This document shows positions 51,330-61,404 of a stretch of 64,000 nucleotides of DNA, piece by piece. The notes beneath the pieces are model-generated. The model worked only from the letters and a program-made list of their open reading frames with translations. It made no database searches and was not told the DNA's origin. The first letter of the stretch is position 1, and every line of letters begins with the position of its first letter. Origin of the DNA: Candidatus Marinacidobacterales bacterium (GTDB lineage: Bacteria > Acidobacteriota > Vicinamibacteria > Marinacidobacterales > SMYC01); the NCBI GenBank assembly GCA_965237955.1, contig OZ250169.1, forward strand, positions 5,504,001-5,568,000. The letters are read 5' to 3'. The position numbers were made by a program, and so were the translations under genes.

Positions 51330-52140
51330 CGTCGCATTTGATGCGAATGCTCTCCGTCAGCTCCCAGTCACCAGCTCCGTTGTCGAACGTACCCGTGAGT
51401 CGAACGTCGACGCGCTCGCCCTCGGACACGTCGGCCACGATCCCGATGACCGCTGGGTTGTCGAATACCACCTCGATGCGGTCTCCGTTGAGAACTACGC
51501 TCGCCGGCGTTACCTCGACACCGCTCGGTCCTACCAGACTGATGCTCTCGAGGTCGACGTCACCGATGGAGTCACCCTTGAGTGTAGCAAACACGGGGTC
51601 GTCGTCCGAGTTGCCACCGGCAGCCCACTCCGGACACCAGTTATCGGGGTCGAGCTCCATGTCCAGGCCAGCGTCCTCACTGTTGTCATCGGAGCTCCCG
51701 TCGTCGGAGCTGTCGTCCTCCATGGTCCGTTGCATATCTACGAGAACGACCGTGTCGTTGGCAGTGAGCTCCAACGTGACTCGAATTTCTTCGGTGGAAG
51801 CCACACCGCGGATGTCGACCTCCCCGATCTTGGCGCCATCGCGGGTAAAGATGATCGTGACCCTGCCCAAGGGAACATCTTCGAGGGTGAAGGTGCCGTT
51901 CGAGCTCACGGCGACCGTGATCCTCGCGTCCTGCCGCACGGAGACGTTGATGCCGTCGTAGGACGTGTTGGCACGCGCGGTTTGCCGGGAGGCTGCGCTC
52001 GTCTCGGAAACGAACGAGCCGAGGATGCGGTTCGAGCTCGCTTGTCCCGTCGTCGGAGACGTGGGAGAAGAGTCGCAAGCCGTGAGCGCTGCGAGCGCTG
52101 TCACGACAACTGCGATGAACACACGACAAAACTGTGACAT
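51280..52140 (-). CDS. Hypothetical lipoprotein with two beta-rich domains and Ser/Asp-rich repeats
   Basis: GAGGTGA RBS; LTAC lipobox; 'SSDDGSSDDNS' and 'SSDDNSSDDSSS' tracts. Confidence 0.78.
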   Translation of the reverse strand: MSQFCRVFIAVVVTALAALTACDSSPTSPTTGQASSNRILGSFVSETSAASRQTARANTSYDGINVSVRQDARITVAVSSNGTFTLEDVPLGRVTIIFTRDGAKIGEVDIRGVASTEEIRVTLELTANDTVVLVDMQRTMEDDSSDDGSSDDNSEDAGLDMELDPDNWCPEWAAGGNSDDDPVFATLKGDSIGDVDLESISLVGPSGVEVTPASVVLNGDRIEVVFDNPAVIGIVADVSEGERVDVRLTGTFDNGAGDWELTESIRIKCDDDDSSDDNSSDDSSSS

Positions 52141-52197
52141 ATCTCACCTCATCGAACTGTAATTTCCTGCTGAGGATCGAGTGATGTGGCTGGATGT

Positions 52198-52213
52198 TGC
52201 AAAGAGCGCGCCA
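52198..52213 (-). promoter_or_regulatory. Sigma-54 (RpoN) promoter
   Basis: Minus-strand TGGCGCGCTCTTTGCA, 58 nt upstream of ATG 52140. Confidence 0.55.
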
Positions 52214-52351
52214 TTCGTCCCTGGCGCTTCGGCAAAATCTGACGTTGGGTAAGCGACTGGCTGCGAGAGATTTAGAGCGCGTATCCGTGCGCTCGCGTCG
52301 GTTTGTGATCGTGAGTGTCCAGAGAAACCCTACACGTCCGGTAATTGTTAC

Positions 52352-54070
52352 GCCTCTCCTGCCATTTCAGTGGATCCTCTCGAGGGTGAGACCGCCACAG
52401 TTTAGGTAGACGAGACTGATGAGAGCTTCGGCAGAGTGGAGTCCAAAGCTGCGGTGGCTCAGCAGCCGGATTTTGTTGTTCATTCCTTCGAGTCGGCCGT
52501 TGCTGAGTCTCCACGTGACCCACGCGATGACGCCATCGAAGTGGCTGCGGATCATCTTCGCCGCGCGTTTGACGGGCTCTATCCTCGAGCTCATAGCGCG
52601 CCGCAGCCATCCTCGGAGAAACTTCTTGGCCCATGTCTCGGTTTTGTAGGTGTAGAGGTCCATGAAGTCGTCGCGCAGAAGCATGGCGCGGTAGAGGCGA
52701 CGATTAGCTCGCACCTGCTCGCGGAGCACCCGTTTGTCTTTCGCGCTGCGGTTGTGTTTGGCCTTGAGAAGGGGAAACTTGGTGTTCTTGAGGTTGCGCC
52801 GGGCAGTCCCTTTGAGCTCGCGCACCAGCTCGCGCCGGGTCTTATCCACGGCCTCGTTCAGATGCTTGACGATGTGGAAGCGGTCAAAGATCACCCGTGC
52901 CTGAGGAGCCTTTTTGCCGACGACAGTTATGTACGGCTCCCACATGTCCATGCTGACCGCTTCGAGCTCCGCGGCTCTTTGTGGTCCGAGCTTGCGGAAA
53001 AACCGCAGCAGCGTCTTGGCCTTGCGCTCCTTTCCCGCCCAGACGACCCGGCCGCTGAGATGGTCTATTACCACTGTTAAGTACTTGTGGCGTTTGCGGT
53101 AGCTGATCTCGTCCATCCCAATCACCCGCAATCCATCGAGCTCGCGCCGCTCATCCCGCTGCTCGGCAACCACTCGCTGGATGATCCGTCGCACCGAACG
53201 CCACGTCACTCGGAAATAGTTCGCTACGGCGCTGACGTCCGTCCTCTGTGCCAGCCACGCTACCTCTTGTTCGAAGCTTTTGGTAAAGCGGCTTCCCTTG
53301 TCGGCCCAAGGCACCTTTTCTCTGACCACTCCACACCGCCGACATACCACTCGTCGGATCGAGTAGCGAAGATAGGTCCGGACTCCGAACAGGTCCAAGT
53401 GCCGCCAGTAGCGATTGTAGCGATCTTTGTTCTTGCGGACCTTTCGTCCGCAAATCCCGCACAGAGGCTTCCTCCTCCGTGGTACTACATCCACCACCAC
53501 TCTGGCTTTGTCCGCCTGGAAGTGGAAACCTCGGACCCACAGGCCTTGCAATCCGATGAGCTTGTTGACTAACGTAGTAACGCGCATCGCGGGAACGCTC
53601 TTTTCTCTTTCGGAAAAAAAGATTCTAGCGTTCTCGCCGATGCGCATCTACACATGGCTTACCCTCTCAACCCACGGGCCTCACCAAATGCCACTGCCCC
53701 TCAGCGGGAGACGAGGCTGTGGGAAACGCCCCCACGGTTCTGGTCGTTCAGACCTTGCTCACGACTGAGTTCTCTTCGAAGCCTGGAAGGGCGTTTTCCA
53801 TAGCCTCCACTAATCGAGCCCCCCCTTCCTTATTCCATATGAATTAATCTTTCTTGTATATATATCAGGAGGGGCCTGTGGGCGCTCGTGGGAAACGCGA
53901 AGCGTTTTCCAAGCGATTGTGGAAAACGCCGCTCCACGTTTGTACGTGCTCACAACCTTTCCCTAAACGCCTCTCTCGCCCGGAGTTTCCGGCGTTTTCC
54001 ACAATCGCGGCAGCGTCCATAGGCCATGCCCTCCAACACAAATCAGATCCCCCGAAACGACAGGAGAACC
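52352..54070 (-). mobile_element. ISL3-family insertion sequence, 1719 bp, 8-bp TSD ATTGTTAC
   Basis: IRs GCCTCTCCTGCCATTTCAGTGGATC / GGTTCTCCTGTCGTTTCGGGGGATC (19/25); ATTGTTAC at 52344-52351 and 54071-54078. Confidence 0.93.
52367..53587 (-). CDS. ISL3 family transposase (intact)
   Basis: Zn finger 'CGICG...CRRCG', 'IGMDEISYRK', 'VSMDMW', 'FDRFHIV', 'SNGRLEGMNNKI'. Confidence 0.95.
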   Translation of the reverse strand: MRVTTLVNKLIGLQGLWVRGFHFQADKARVVVDVVPRRRKPLCGICGRKVRKNKDRYNRYWRHLDLFGVRTYLRYSIRRVVCRRCGVVREKVPWADKGSRFTKSFEQEVAWLAQRTDVSAVANYFRVTWRSVRRIIQRVVAEQRDERRELDGLRVIGMDEISYRKRHKYLTVVIDHLSGRVVWAGKERKAKTLLRFFRKLGPQRAAELEAVSMDMWEPYITVVGKKAPQARVIFDRFHIVKHLNEAVDKTRRELVRELKGTARRNLKNTKFPLLKAKHNRSAKDKRVLREQVRANRRLYRAMLLRDDFMDLYTYKTETWAKKFLRGWLRRAMSSRIEPVKRAAKMIRSHFDGVIAWVTWRLSNGRLEGMNNKIRLLSHRSFGLHSAEALISLVYLNCGGLTLERIH

Positions 54071-54468
54071 ATTGTTACAATGTCGCCCCTTTCCACGGAG
54101 CGTGACCATGCACAAGTTTTCGGCTTTGTTTCTTCTTACGGCGGCATTCACCGGATGGAACACGACCGAGGCGATGGGGGCGTCGCGGCAAGTCTGTGGA
54201 GCCCCGATGACGATCCTCACTTAGCGAAGCGCCGTCGGGAGGCAGCGCGCAACGCGCGGGTGAACGTGTTCGCGTCGTCGCCCAGCTCATCGACGCATCG
54301 ACGGATGAGTGGAAGGCTTTCGGGCACCCGATCACGCTCCTAACACGGCGGAGCCGCAACCAACTTCATCAGCCCACTCGTGAATCTTCTTGACCGCGTC
54401 TTTCTCTGCGCCGCCTTTGCTGGACCATGAACCTCTGGTCATGAATCCCTGCTTACCTGCGAACATTT

Positions 54469-54551
54469 GATCTGGTCCGATGTCGAGACTGACTCCGCGG
54501 GCTGCTGAAATATTACTACCGGAACGCCGCATGAGTTTATTGACCCAACGG
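54469..54551 (+). mobile_element. 3' remnant of an rve/integrase-core transposase with terminal sequence
   Basis: 'DLVRCRD*LRGLLKYYYRNAA*' followed by GTTTATTGACCCAACGG. Confidence 0.55.
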
Positions 54552-54703
54552 GCAAACAGAGAACACAAACTTCGTCCCGTAGCTCCGGGAGACTCCTGCC
54601 TACTCGAAGAGAGAGAACCTCGTACAACTCAGCTTGGCCTGGTTGACGAGTCATCCGACCAGCGCCGATGGTAACATGGCGGTTCTGTCAGAGGAGCGCT
54701 GCC

Positions 54704-56734
54704 ATGAAAAAGCTAGCTATCGCTGTCTTGAGCGTAGCCTTGTGGCCTGCCGCCGGCCTTTCCGAAGTCGTCCGCCTGGATGTGGAACGACGAACGGACG
54801 TGGCCAATGGCCACGAGTTCGGCCTGGCCGGGGCCTATGAAAAGATCGTCGGAAGGGTTCATTTCGCCGTCGATCCAAAGCTGAGTCCAAATCAGATCAT
54901 CACCGACATCGGAAAGGCCCCGACGAACGATCGAGGACGTGTGGAGTGGTCGGCCGAGTACTTTCTTATCAAGCCGAAGGACGTCACTCGCGGCAACGGC
55001 TCCGTTCTTCTCGAAGTCGGCAATCGGGGCGGCAAGGGCGTGCTCGGTTTCTTCAACGGGGGTCAGAGGAGCACCGACCCGGTGACGGAAGAGCACTTCG
55101 GCGACGGCTTGTTGCAGCGTCACGGCTTCACGCTTCTCTGGGTGGGCTGGCAATGGGATACGCCGGAAGTCGAGGGGAGGATGCGGATGTATCCTCCCAT
55201 CGCCACCGATAACGGCAAACCCATTCGCGGGCTCGTACGCGCCGACTTCGTTCCCGGGGAGCAGGAGACCGATCACTCGTTGTCCGATCGGAACCACATC
55301 GTCTATCCCGTGGCCGATCCCGATGCAAAGGAGAACGTTCTCACCGTGCGCGACGGGGTCGAAGCAGAGCGAGAGCTCATCCCGCGCTCTAAGTGGAAGT
55401 TCGCCCGGGTGGAGAACGGTCAGGCGGTGTCCGATGCCACGCGGGTTTACCTCGGAGGCGGATTCCAGCCGCACAGAATCTATGAAGTCGTTTACGTATC
55501 CGAGAATCCGCCTCTCGTCGGTCTTGGCCCTGCCGCCATCCGCGACATGATTTCGCACTTGAAGTACGAATCCTCGGAGGCGCTCTCGATCCCCAAAGGA
55601 GCGATCGACCGGGCTCTCGCTTTCGGGATTTCTCAAAGCGGGCGGTTTCTGCGGACGTTCCTTTACTACGGTTTCAACGAGGACGAGTCCCATCGAAAGG
55701 TTTTCGACGGCGTCATCTCCCATGTGGCCGGCGGGGGGAGGGGAAGCTTCAACCACCGTTTCGCTCAAGCTTCACGCGACGCTCACCCGTTTCTCAACAT
55801 GTTTCACCCGACGGACATCTTCCCCTTCACCGACTTGGAGCAGATCGATTTTCAAACCGGGACGAGCGATGGGATTCTGGTGTACCAAAAGCCCGAGTTT
55901 CACCCGAAGGTTTTCTACACGAACTCCTCCTATGAATACTGGGGCCGGGCCGCGTCTCTCATCCACACTGCGATCGATGGCAGAGAGGATGCCCCGATGC
56001 TGGACACCACCCGCGTTTATCACTTCGCCGGAACCCAGCATGGCGCGGCGCCGTTTCCACCCAGGAGAACCATCGGACAACAAGCCAGCAATCCGATGGC
56101 CTATCACTGGTCGATGCGGGCGCTCCTCTTGGCCATGGATCGCTGGAGCGATGAGGGAACGGAGCCGCCAGAGAGCCAGTATGGTCTGATCGAGAAAGGT
56201 ACGCTCGTCACTCCTGAGAACCTTGACTTCCCGAAGATTCCTGGTGTCGAGAGGAGCACGCGGATTCACAAGGCCTTCCGGGCTGACTACGGGCCGAAGT
56301 TTCGAAGCGAAGGAATCGTCACCGAGCAACCGCCCGAGATCGGACGCGCCTATCCGATGATGGTCCCGGCGGTGAACGGGGATGGAAACGAGATTGTCGG
56401 GATTCAGATGCCCGAGCACTCGGTGCCTCTAGCGACTCATACTGGCTGGAACCTTTTCAACGCTGACGCCGGGCCACCCCACGAGCTCTCCAGCATGCAG
56501 GGCTCTTACATTCCGTTTCCAAGAACCGAGGCGGAGCGGAAGGCGAAGGACGATCCACGGCCCTCCATCGAAGAGCGCTACCACAACCGCGAGCACTATC
56601 TCGGTCTCGTAGCGAACGCTGCCGTTGATCTGGTCGATCAAGGTTACTTGCTTGCCGAAGATGTTCCGGTCATTCTCCGCCAAGCGCGCCGACACTGGGA
56701 CCACTTAATGGCGGGCGGCTCCTCCGATGAGTGA
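54704..56734 (+). CDS. Secreted alpha/beta hydrolase domain protein (Abhydrolase_10-like)
   Basis: GAGGAG RBS, signal peptide, nucleophile elbow 'FGISQSGRFLR', 'EYWGRAASL', 'AGTQH'. Confidence 0.88.
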   Translation: MKKLAIAVLSVALWPAAGLSEVVRLDVERRTDVANGHEFGLAGAYEKIVGRVHFAVDPKLSPNQIITDIGKAPTNDRGRVEWSAEYFLIKPKDVTRGNGSVLLEVGNRGGKGVLGFFNGGQRSTDPVTEEHFGDGLLQRHGFTLLWVGWQWDTPEVEGRMRMYPPIATDNGKPIRGLVRADFVPGEQETDHSLSDRNHIVYPVADPDAKENVLTVRDGVEAERELIPRSKWKFARVENGQAVSDATRVYLGGGFQPHRIYEVVYVSENPPLVGLGPAAIRDMISHLKYESSEALSIPKGAIDRALAFGISQSGRFLRTFLYYGFNEDESHRKVFDGVISHVAGGGRGSFNHRFAQASRDAHPFLNMFHPTDIFPFTDLEQIDFQTGTSDGILVYQKPEFHPKVFYTNSSYEYWGRAASLIHTAIDGREDAPMLDTTRVYHFAGTQHGAAPFPPRRTIGQQASNPMAYHWSMRALLLAMDRWSDEGTEPPESQYGLIEKGTLVTPENLDFPKIPGVERSTRIHKAFRADYGPKFRSEGIVTEQPPEIGRAYPMMVPAVNGDGNEIVGIQMPEHSVPLATHTGWNLFNADAGPPHELSSMQGSYIPFPRTEAERKAKDDPRPSIEERYHNREHYLGLVANAAVDLVDQGYLLAEDVPVILRQARRHWDHLMAGGSSDE

Positions 56735-56833
56735 GGATCCGAGAATCAAAGCTTACCCCCAGAGCAACGCTTTGCTCTGGACTCGGCTCCAGAGACCCTA
56801 GTTCCTAGCACGCATGAGCCGACACCTCTTTCG

Positions 56834-57124
56834 GCCGCCATCGCCGTCGCCAACACACTCGCCCCGATCGTCTGGGCCGTCTCTACCCGCGAGGTGGAGT
56901 TTCGTTCCGTGCGTCTAGCCGCTCAGAGGTTCTACTCTCGTGTTTTCTTTTTTCCCTTCCGACCGAGGCTGCGACGATACCCATCCTTCTGATGGCGTAC
57001 CGCGCGGGGGCAAGCTGATAACTTTCGTGGGCGTAGTGTGAACTCGGCCGAAGCAAATGCCGAGTGTTGGCACACAGGTGGCGTGAAGACCGTCAAGCTG
57101 CCGGCGAGGAGTCCGAATCTGAAG
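56834..57124 (+). mobile_element. IS110/IS1111 transposase C-terminal remnant with part of its 3' noncoding end, joined to an rve fragment
   Basis: 'AAIAVANTLAPIVWAV' resembles IS110 'AVANKLARIVWA'; 57080-57124 reads 'GVKTVKLPARSPNL'. Confidence 0.55.
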
Positions 57125-57579
57125 GATATAAAAGAGCGCCTGTCTGCCATCGGGAGGGACAAAGTCTCACGGTGAGTCCAGGAAGCGGTCGGAGGCCGAG
57201 CCGATTCTCGTGCCGACAGTATGCTCGGGGCCCATCACGTCGCACGATCCCTGGATTGGAATCTACGCGCTCCTGACGCGAAGAGACCGGGCGACGGCGC
57301 ACGGAGGGGGCGCCCAGTTTCGCGTCTTTCGCGTGCTCCCACTGACTTATTGCATCTAGTCCCCTGTATCAGAAAAAAATAGACAAAGTAGAGCTTGCCG
57401 AAACCCTTCTAAGTGCATGAAGCTTATGAATCTTATGGGCTGGCGAAAAGCCTAACTTTGTATAGTAATCAAAGATCCAGGGGACTAGCGTTGATTGCCC
57501 GACCCTTCGTTCAACACACCGTGCGCGGTTTGTCCCGGTTTCCAGAAGCTGATAAAAGATTCTCCAGGAGGACGCTGTC

Positions 57580-58413
57580 ATGGCTTTGAAACTCTTTGCT
57601 CTTGCGTTAGCGGGGATGCTCGTCGTCCCCGTGGCTATGGCTGATGATGAAGACGTGGGCGCTATCGAGATTGCGTCGGAGCCCGAGGGGGCCTCGGTCT
57701 ATATCGAGGGCATTCTCGCGGGAACTACGCCCATGACCGCGGAGAACTTGCCGGAGGGCAAGTATCGCATCGTGTTCAAGAGTCCCTCCGATGGTGGTGA
57801 CTTCGTTCAAGATGTCGCAGTGACGAAGCAGCAAACGACGAGAGTGACCGCGACGCTCGCGAGCAGTGGCTGGCGCTCACCGGTCCGGGAAGAGGACGAC
57901 TGGAGCGCGGTCGTGGGTAAGGATTCAAGAAAGCCCTACGAGAAGGCGAAAAGCACGAAGAAGCTTGGGGAGTATGAAGTTCTCGAGATCGCGAATTTTC
58001 TCGTCAAAAGCGAGGAGCCCCTGGAGCCAGCACGCTCCTACGCCATCTTCCGCGATCTCGCGCGCCAGCTCGATGACAAGACGAAATTCGCATCGTTCGT
58101 CACCAACTACACACCCGGAGTCTCCGAGCGCTGGATCGAGGCCGATGGCAAGGATGCCCCGACCCTCGTTCTTTCCGGCGTCATCACCGAGTATCAAGGG
58201 GGGAGCCAGGCGAAGCGCTACCTCGTAGGCTTCGGCGCCGGCAAGACCCGCGCCTACTGCTTGTTCCGACTCGTCGACAAGGCTACCGGCGAGGTCGTCT
58301 TCGAGCGAATGGAGAATGGGTCCGTCTCCATGGGAATGTTCGGAGGATCCAGCTCCGGTGCGATGAAAGAGATTGGAGAGGACATCGCCAAAAGCGATCC
58401 GTAAGAACTGGTA
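57580..58413 (+). CDS. Secreted PEGA domain + DUF4410-like protein (terminal 1-nt frameshift)
   Basis: AGGAGG RBS; PEGA 'IASEPEGASVYIEG...GTTP...L.EG.Y.I'; 'ITEYQGGSQAKRYLVGFGAG'; one fewer A near 58392 gives AKAIRKNW*. Confidence 0.8.
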
Positions 58414-58559
58414 GCGCACGGCTTCCTTGACCAGGGCATCGCGGCGAGGTAGGGCAGGTTCAATACATTATGTCTAAGTTTCTACCCGATCGCGGCGACT
58501 TGCAGCTCGGGTTGACCCATCTTAGAATCGTCCGACATCGCTTGACCAAGGGGGTCATC

Positions 58560-61169
58560 ATGAACGTGCCTGGTCGCAAAGCGCTACTGACGGGTCTCTC
58601 CGTTCTCACGTTCTCGTCTCTCACACTAGCCCATTGGGGTGTTCCCGAGCTTCCGCGCGGACCGCTTGAGCGCATGTACCCGGCGGCACGCCACGGCGGG
58701 AACTACATGCACAACTACTACTTTCCGCCCGCGCCGAGCTCGACGCCGTGGGCGCCGGCGTGGTCGCCCGATGGACGCTACGTTGCGGTCTCCATGGCCG
58801 GTTCGATCTGGCGCGTGGATCTGGACACCGGCAAGGCCGAAGAGCTCACTTACAACAGTAAGTACCACTCTTCACCGGATTGGTCCCCGGACGGCAACTG
58901 GATCGTCTACACCGCTGACGACGGCGGCAAGACCATCCAGCTCGAGATTTTCAACGTTGCCACCGGCGAATCGCGTGCGCTGACCGATGACGAGTACATC
59001 TACGCGGATCCGATGTTCTCGCCGGACGGCAAGACCCTCGCTTACGTGTCGACGAAGCCAAACGGCTACTTCAACGTCCACACTCGCGACGTCCAAAACG
59101 GCGAGTGGGCGGGTGACGAAGTCGCGATCACCGAGGACAACCAATACCTGCGAGACCGACTGTACTTCGGCGAGTGGGACATGCACATCACGCCGGAGTG
59201 GACACGTGACGGGAAGCAACTTCTCATCGTGTCCAACCGGGGCGTTCCGCTGGGCTCGGGGAACATTTGGCGCGCGTCCGCGTCCGCGAACGCGATGGAA
59301 GAGGCCGAAGCCGTGCTCGAAGAACAGTCGCTCTACCGGGCAAGGCCGGATGTATCGATCGACGGCAAGCGTTTCGTCTACTCCTCGACCGGCGGGTCTT
59401 CGGATCAGTACGCGAACCTCTACGTTCTTCCCGTGGCCGGCGGCGAGCCCTACAAGCTGACATTCTACGAGCACGACGCTTTCCACCCGCGGTGGTCTCC
59501 CGACGGAGAGTGGATCGCTTACATCTCGAACGAAGGAGGCCTCCCGCAGCTCGAAATTCTCGAGACCTACGGCGGCAAGCGCAAGAAAGTCCGCATCACC
59601 GATCGCCGGTGGAAACGACCCATGGGGATCGTGTCGGTGCGCGTCGTGGACGCATCGCGGGAGGAGTCGACACACGCGCGCATTCACCTCACCGCATCGG
59701 ACGGGAAGTTCTACTGCCCGCTCGAGACGTTCGCGCGCTTTACCCAAGGCGGGAACGATCACATCTTTCACTCCACCGGGGCGTTCCGTCTAGAGGTTCC
59801 GGCGGGCACGTTGAGTTTCATGGCGGTCAAAGGTTTCGAGTTCTGGCCGACAGAACTGGAAGTCGAGATCCGCGCCGATGAAGTGACACAAGTTGAGCTC
59901 AGGCTCGAGCGCATGACCGACATGGCCGCCAAGGGTTGGTACAGCGGCTCGACCCACATGCACATGAACTACGGTGGGAATCTACACAACACGCTCGAAA
60001 ACCTCATGCTCATGTCGGCTGCGGAAGATCAGGACGTCGTTAACGAGCTCATCGCCAACAAGGACAATCGTATTCTCGACTATCAGTACTTCATTCCCGG
60101 TGGCGGTGCCCATCCTCTATCGACGCCGGATCGCTTGCTCATGGTGGGTCAGGAGTACCGCCCGCCCTTCTACGGGCACGTGACCCTGATCGGGCTTCGC
60201 GATCATCTTCTCTCGCCGTGGGCGACCGGTTATGAAGGGACCGCGGTCGAAAGCCTGTACCCGAGCAACACCGACATGTTGCGCAAAGCCAAGGCGCAGC
60301 ACGCGACCACGGGCTACGCGCACGCGTTTGCTGGTGAAGAAGATCCGATCGATCGTGGGCTCGGCGTCGCCCGGGGATTCATGGTGGACGCCGCCTTCGG
60401 TACCACCGACGGCGTGGAGTGGTCGTTCTCGGGACGAGCCGCTTTCCACCCGTGGTATGCCGTTTTGAACAATGGTCTGCGAGTGACGGCAACGGGCGGA
60501 GACGATGCGATGAGCGATCTCCACGTGAGCAAAATGCCCGGCTCCGCGCGTACGTATGTCTATACGGGCGGCGCCGGCCTCGATCCCGAAGCGTGGAAGC
60601 GCGGCTTGCGCGAAGGCCGTGCGTTCGTCAGCACCGGGCCGCTCGTGGAATTGACCGTCGACGGAAGAATGCCGGGCGAAGAAGTGACGCTTCCAACGTC
60701 AGGCGGTGACGTCGAGATCCACGTTCGCATCCGCTCGATCACGCCGGTTTCCAACGTGATGCTGATCCGGAACGCGGAGTTCGTCGAAGAGATCCCGCTG
60801 CCCGAGAACCGGAAGAGCATCGACTACACCACGAAAGTCAAGGTGAGCCGAAGCGGGTGGTTTCACGTACGCGCGGAAGGCGTGCGCGAGGAGAGCTATC
60901 CCCTCGACACCGGCTTCGCTCAGGGATTCACGAACCCCGTCTGGGTCACGGTGGGTGGGCAGCCCGTCCGCAACCTCGAAGCGGCAGAGTACGCAATCGA
61001 ATGGATTGACAAGCTAACGGCTATGGCCGAAGCAGCGCCAGGGTGGCGCTCCCAGTGGGAGAAGGATCACGTCTTCGCGCAGTTTCAGGAAGCGCGGGCG
61101 ATGTACGAGCGTTTTGCTCGCGAGGCGAGAGGCTCCGAGCCAACGGCCGACTCTGGGAGCCCTGACTGA
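58560..61169 (+). CDS. PD40/TolB propeller + CehA/McbA family PHP-like metallohydrolase
   Basis: Multiple 'P.WSPDG' repeats; 'GWYSGSTHMH', 'GQEYR...GH', 'YAH', 'GRAFVSTGP', 'FTNPVWV'. Confidence 0.88.
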   Translation: MNVPGRKALLTGLSVLTFSSLTLAHWGVPELPRGPLERMYPAARHGGNYMHNYYFPPAPSSTPWAPAWSPDGRYVAVSMAGSIWRVDLDTGKAEELTYNSKYHSSPDWSPDGNWIVYTADDGGKTIQLEIFNVATGESRALTDDEYIYADPMFSPDGKTLAYVSTKPNGYFNVHTRDVQNGEWAGDEVAITEDNQYLRDRLYFGEWDMHITPEWTRDGKQLLIVSNRGVPLGSGNIWRASASANAMEEAEAVLEEQSLYRARPDVSIDGKRFVYSSTGGSSDQYANLYVLPVAGGEPYKLTFYEHDAFHPRWSPDGEWIAYISNEGGLPQLEILETYGGKRKKVRITDRRWKRPMGIVSVRVVDASREESTHARIHLTASDGKFYCPLETFARFTQGGNDHIFHSTGAFRLEVPAGTLSFMAVKGFEFWPTELEVEIRADEVTQVELRLERMTDMAAKGWYSGSTHMHMNYGGNLHNTLENLMLMSAAEDQDVVNELIANKDNRILDYQYFIPGGGAHPLSTPDRLLMVGQEYRPPFYGHVTLIGLRDHLLSPWATGYEGTAVESLYPSNTDMLRKAKAQHATTGYAHAFAGEEDPIDRGLGVARGFMVDAAFGTTDGVEWSFSGRAAFHPWYAVLNNGLRVTATGGDDAMSDLHVSKMPGSARTYVYTGGAGLDPEAWKRGLREGRAFVSTGPLVELTVDGRMPGEEVTLPTSGGDVEIHVRIRSITPVSNVMLIRNAEFVEEIPLPENRKSIDYTTKVKVSRSGWFHVRAEGVREESYPLDTGFAQGFTNPVWVTVGGQPVRNLEAAEYAIEWIDKLTAMAEAAPGWRSQWEKDHVFAQFQEARAMYERFAREARGSEPTADSGSPD

Positions 61170-61194
61170 ACTCGACCTAGGGTCAACATCCCTC

Positions 61195-61340
61195 ACGATA
61201 AGGTGTGATTGAGTTGCTTTTTCTATTATTTACATTTTTCCACCAATATTGTTCACATATATCCTAAATAAGAATCATAAATCGTTAATAAATAACTCAT
61301 TATATGTATGTTTGACGCTTCGCATATCACTTGACATATA
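61195..61340 (+). promoter_or_regulatory. AT-rich promoter/operator region of the sugar operon
   Basis: Sharp AT-rich island with TTGACA/TTGACG hexamers and two ACATATAT copies. Confidence 0.5.
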
Positions 61341-61404
61341 TGGGCATCTGGGCACCATATGGGCTCGTCAGAGGGAGGATTCGGCCGCTGGGCCGATCTG
61401 AAGG

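Noticed and set aside
47400-52140. Integron cassette array explaining the patchwork of short genes
   Set aside because: No integron integrase and no recognisable attC sites; the pieces are truncated genes on both strands rather than whole cassettes.
53700-54030. GGAAACGC/GCGTTTTCC repeats as a CRISPR array
   Set aside because: The repeats are inverted and irregularly spaced, lie inside an IS, and no cas genes are present.
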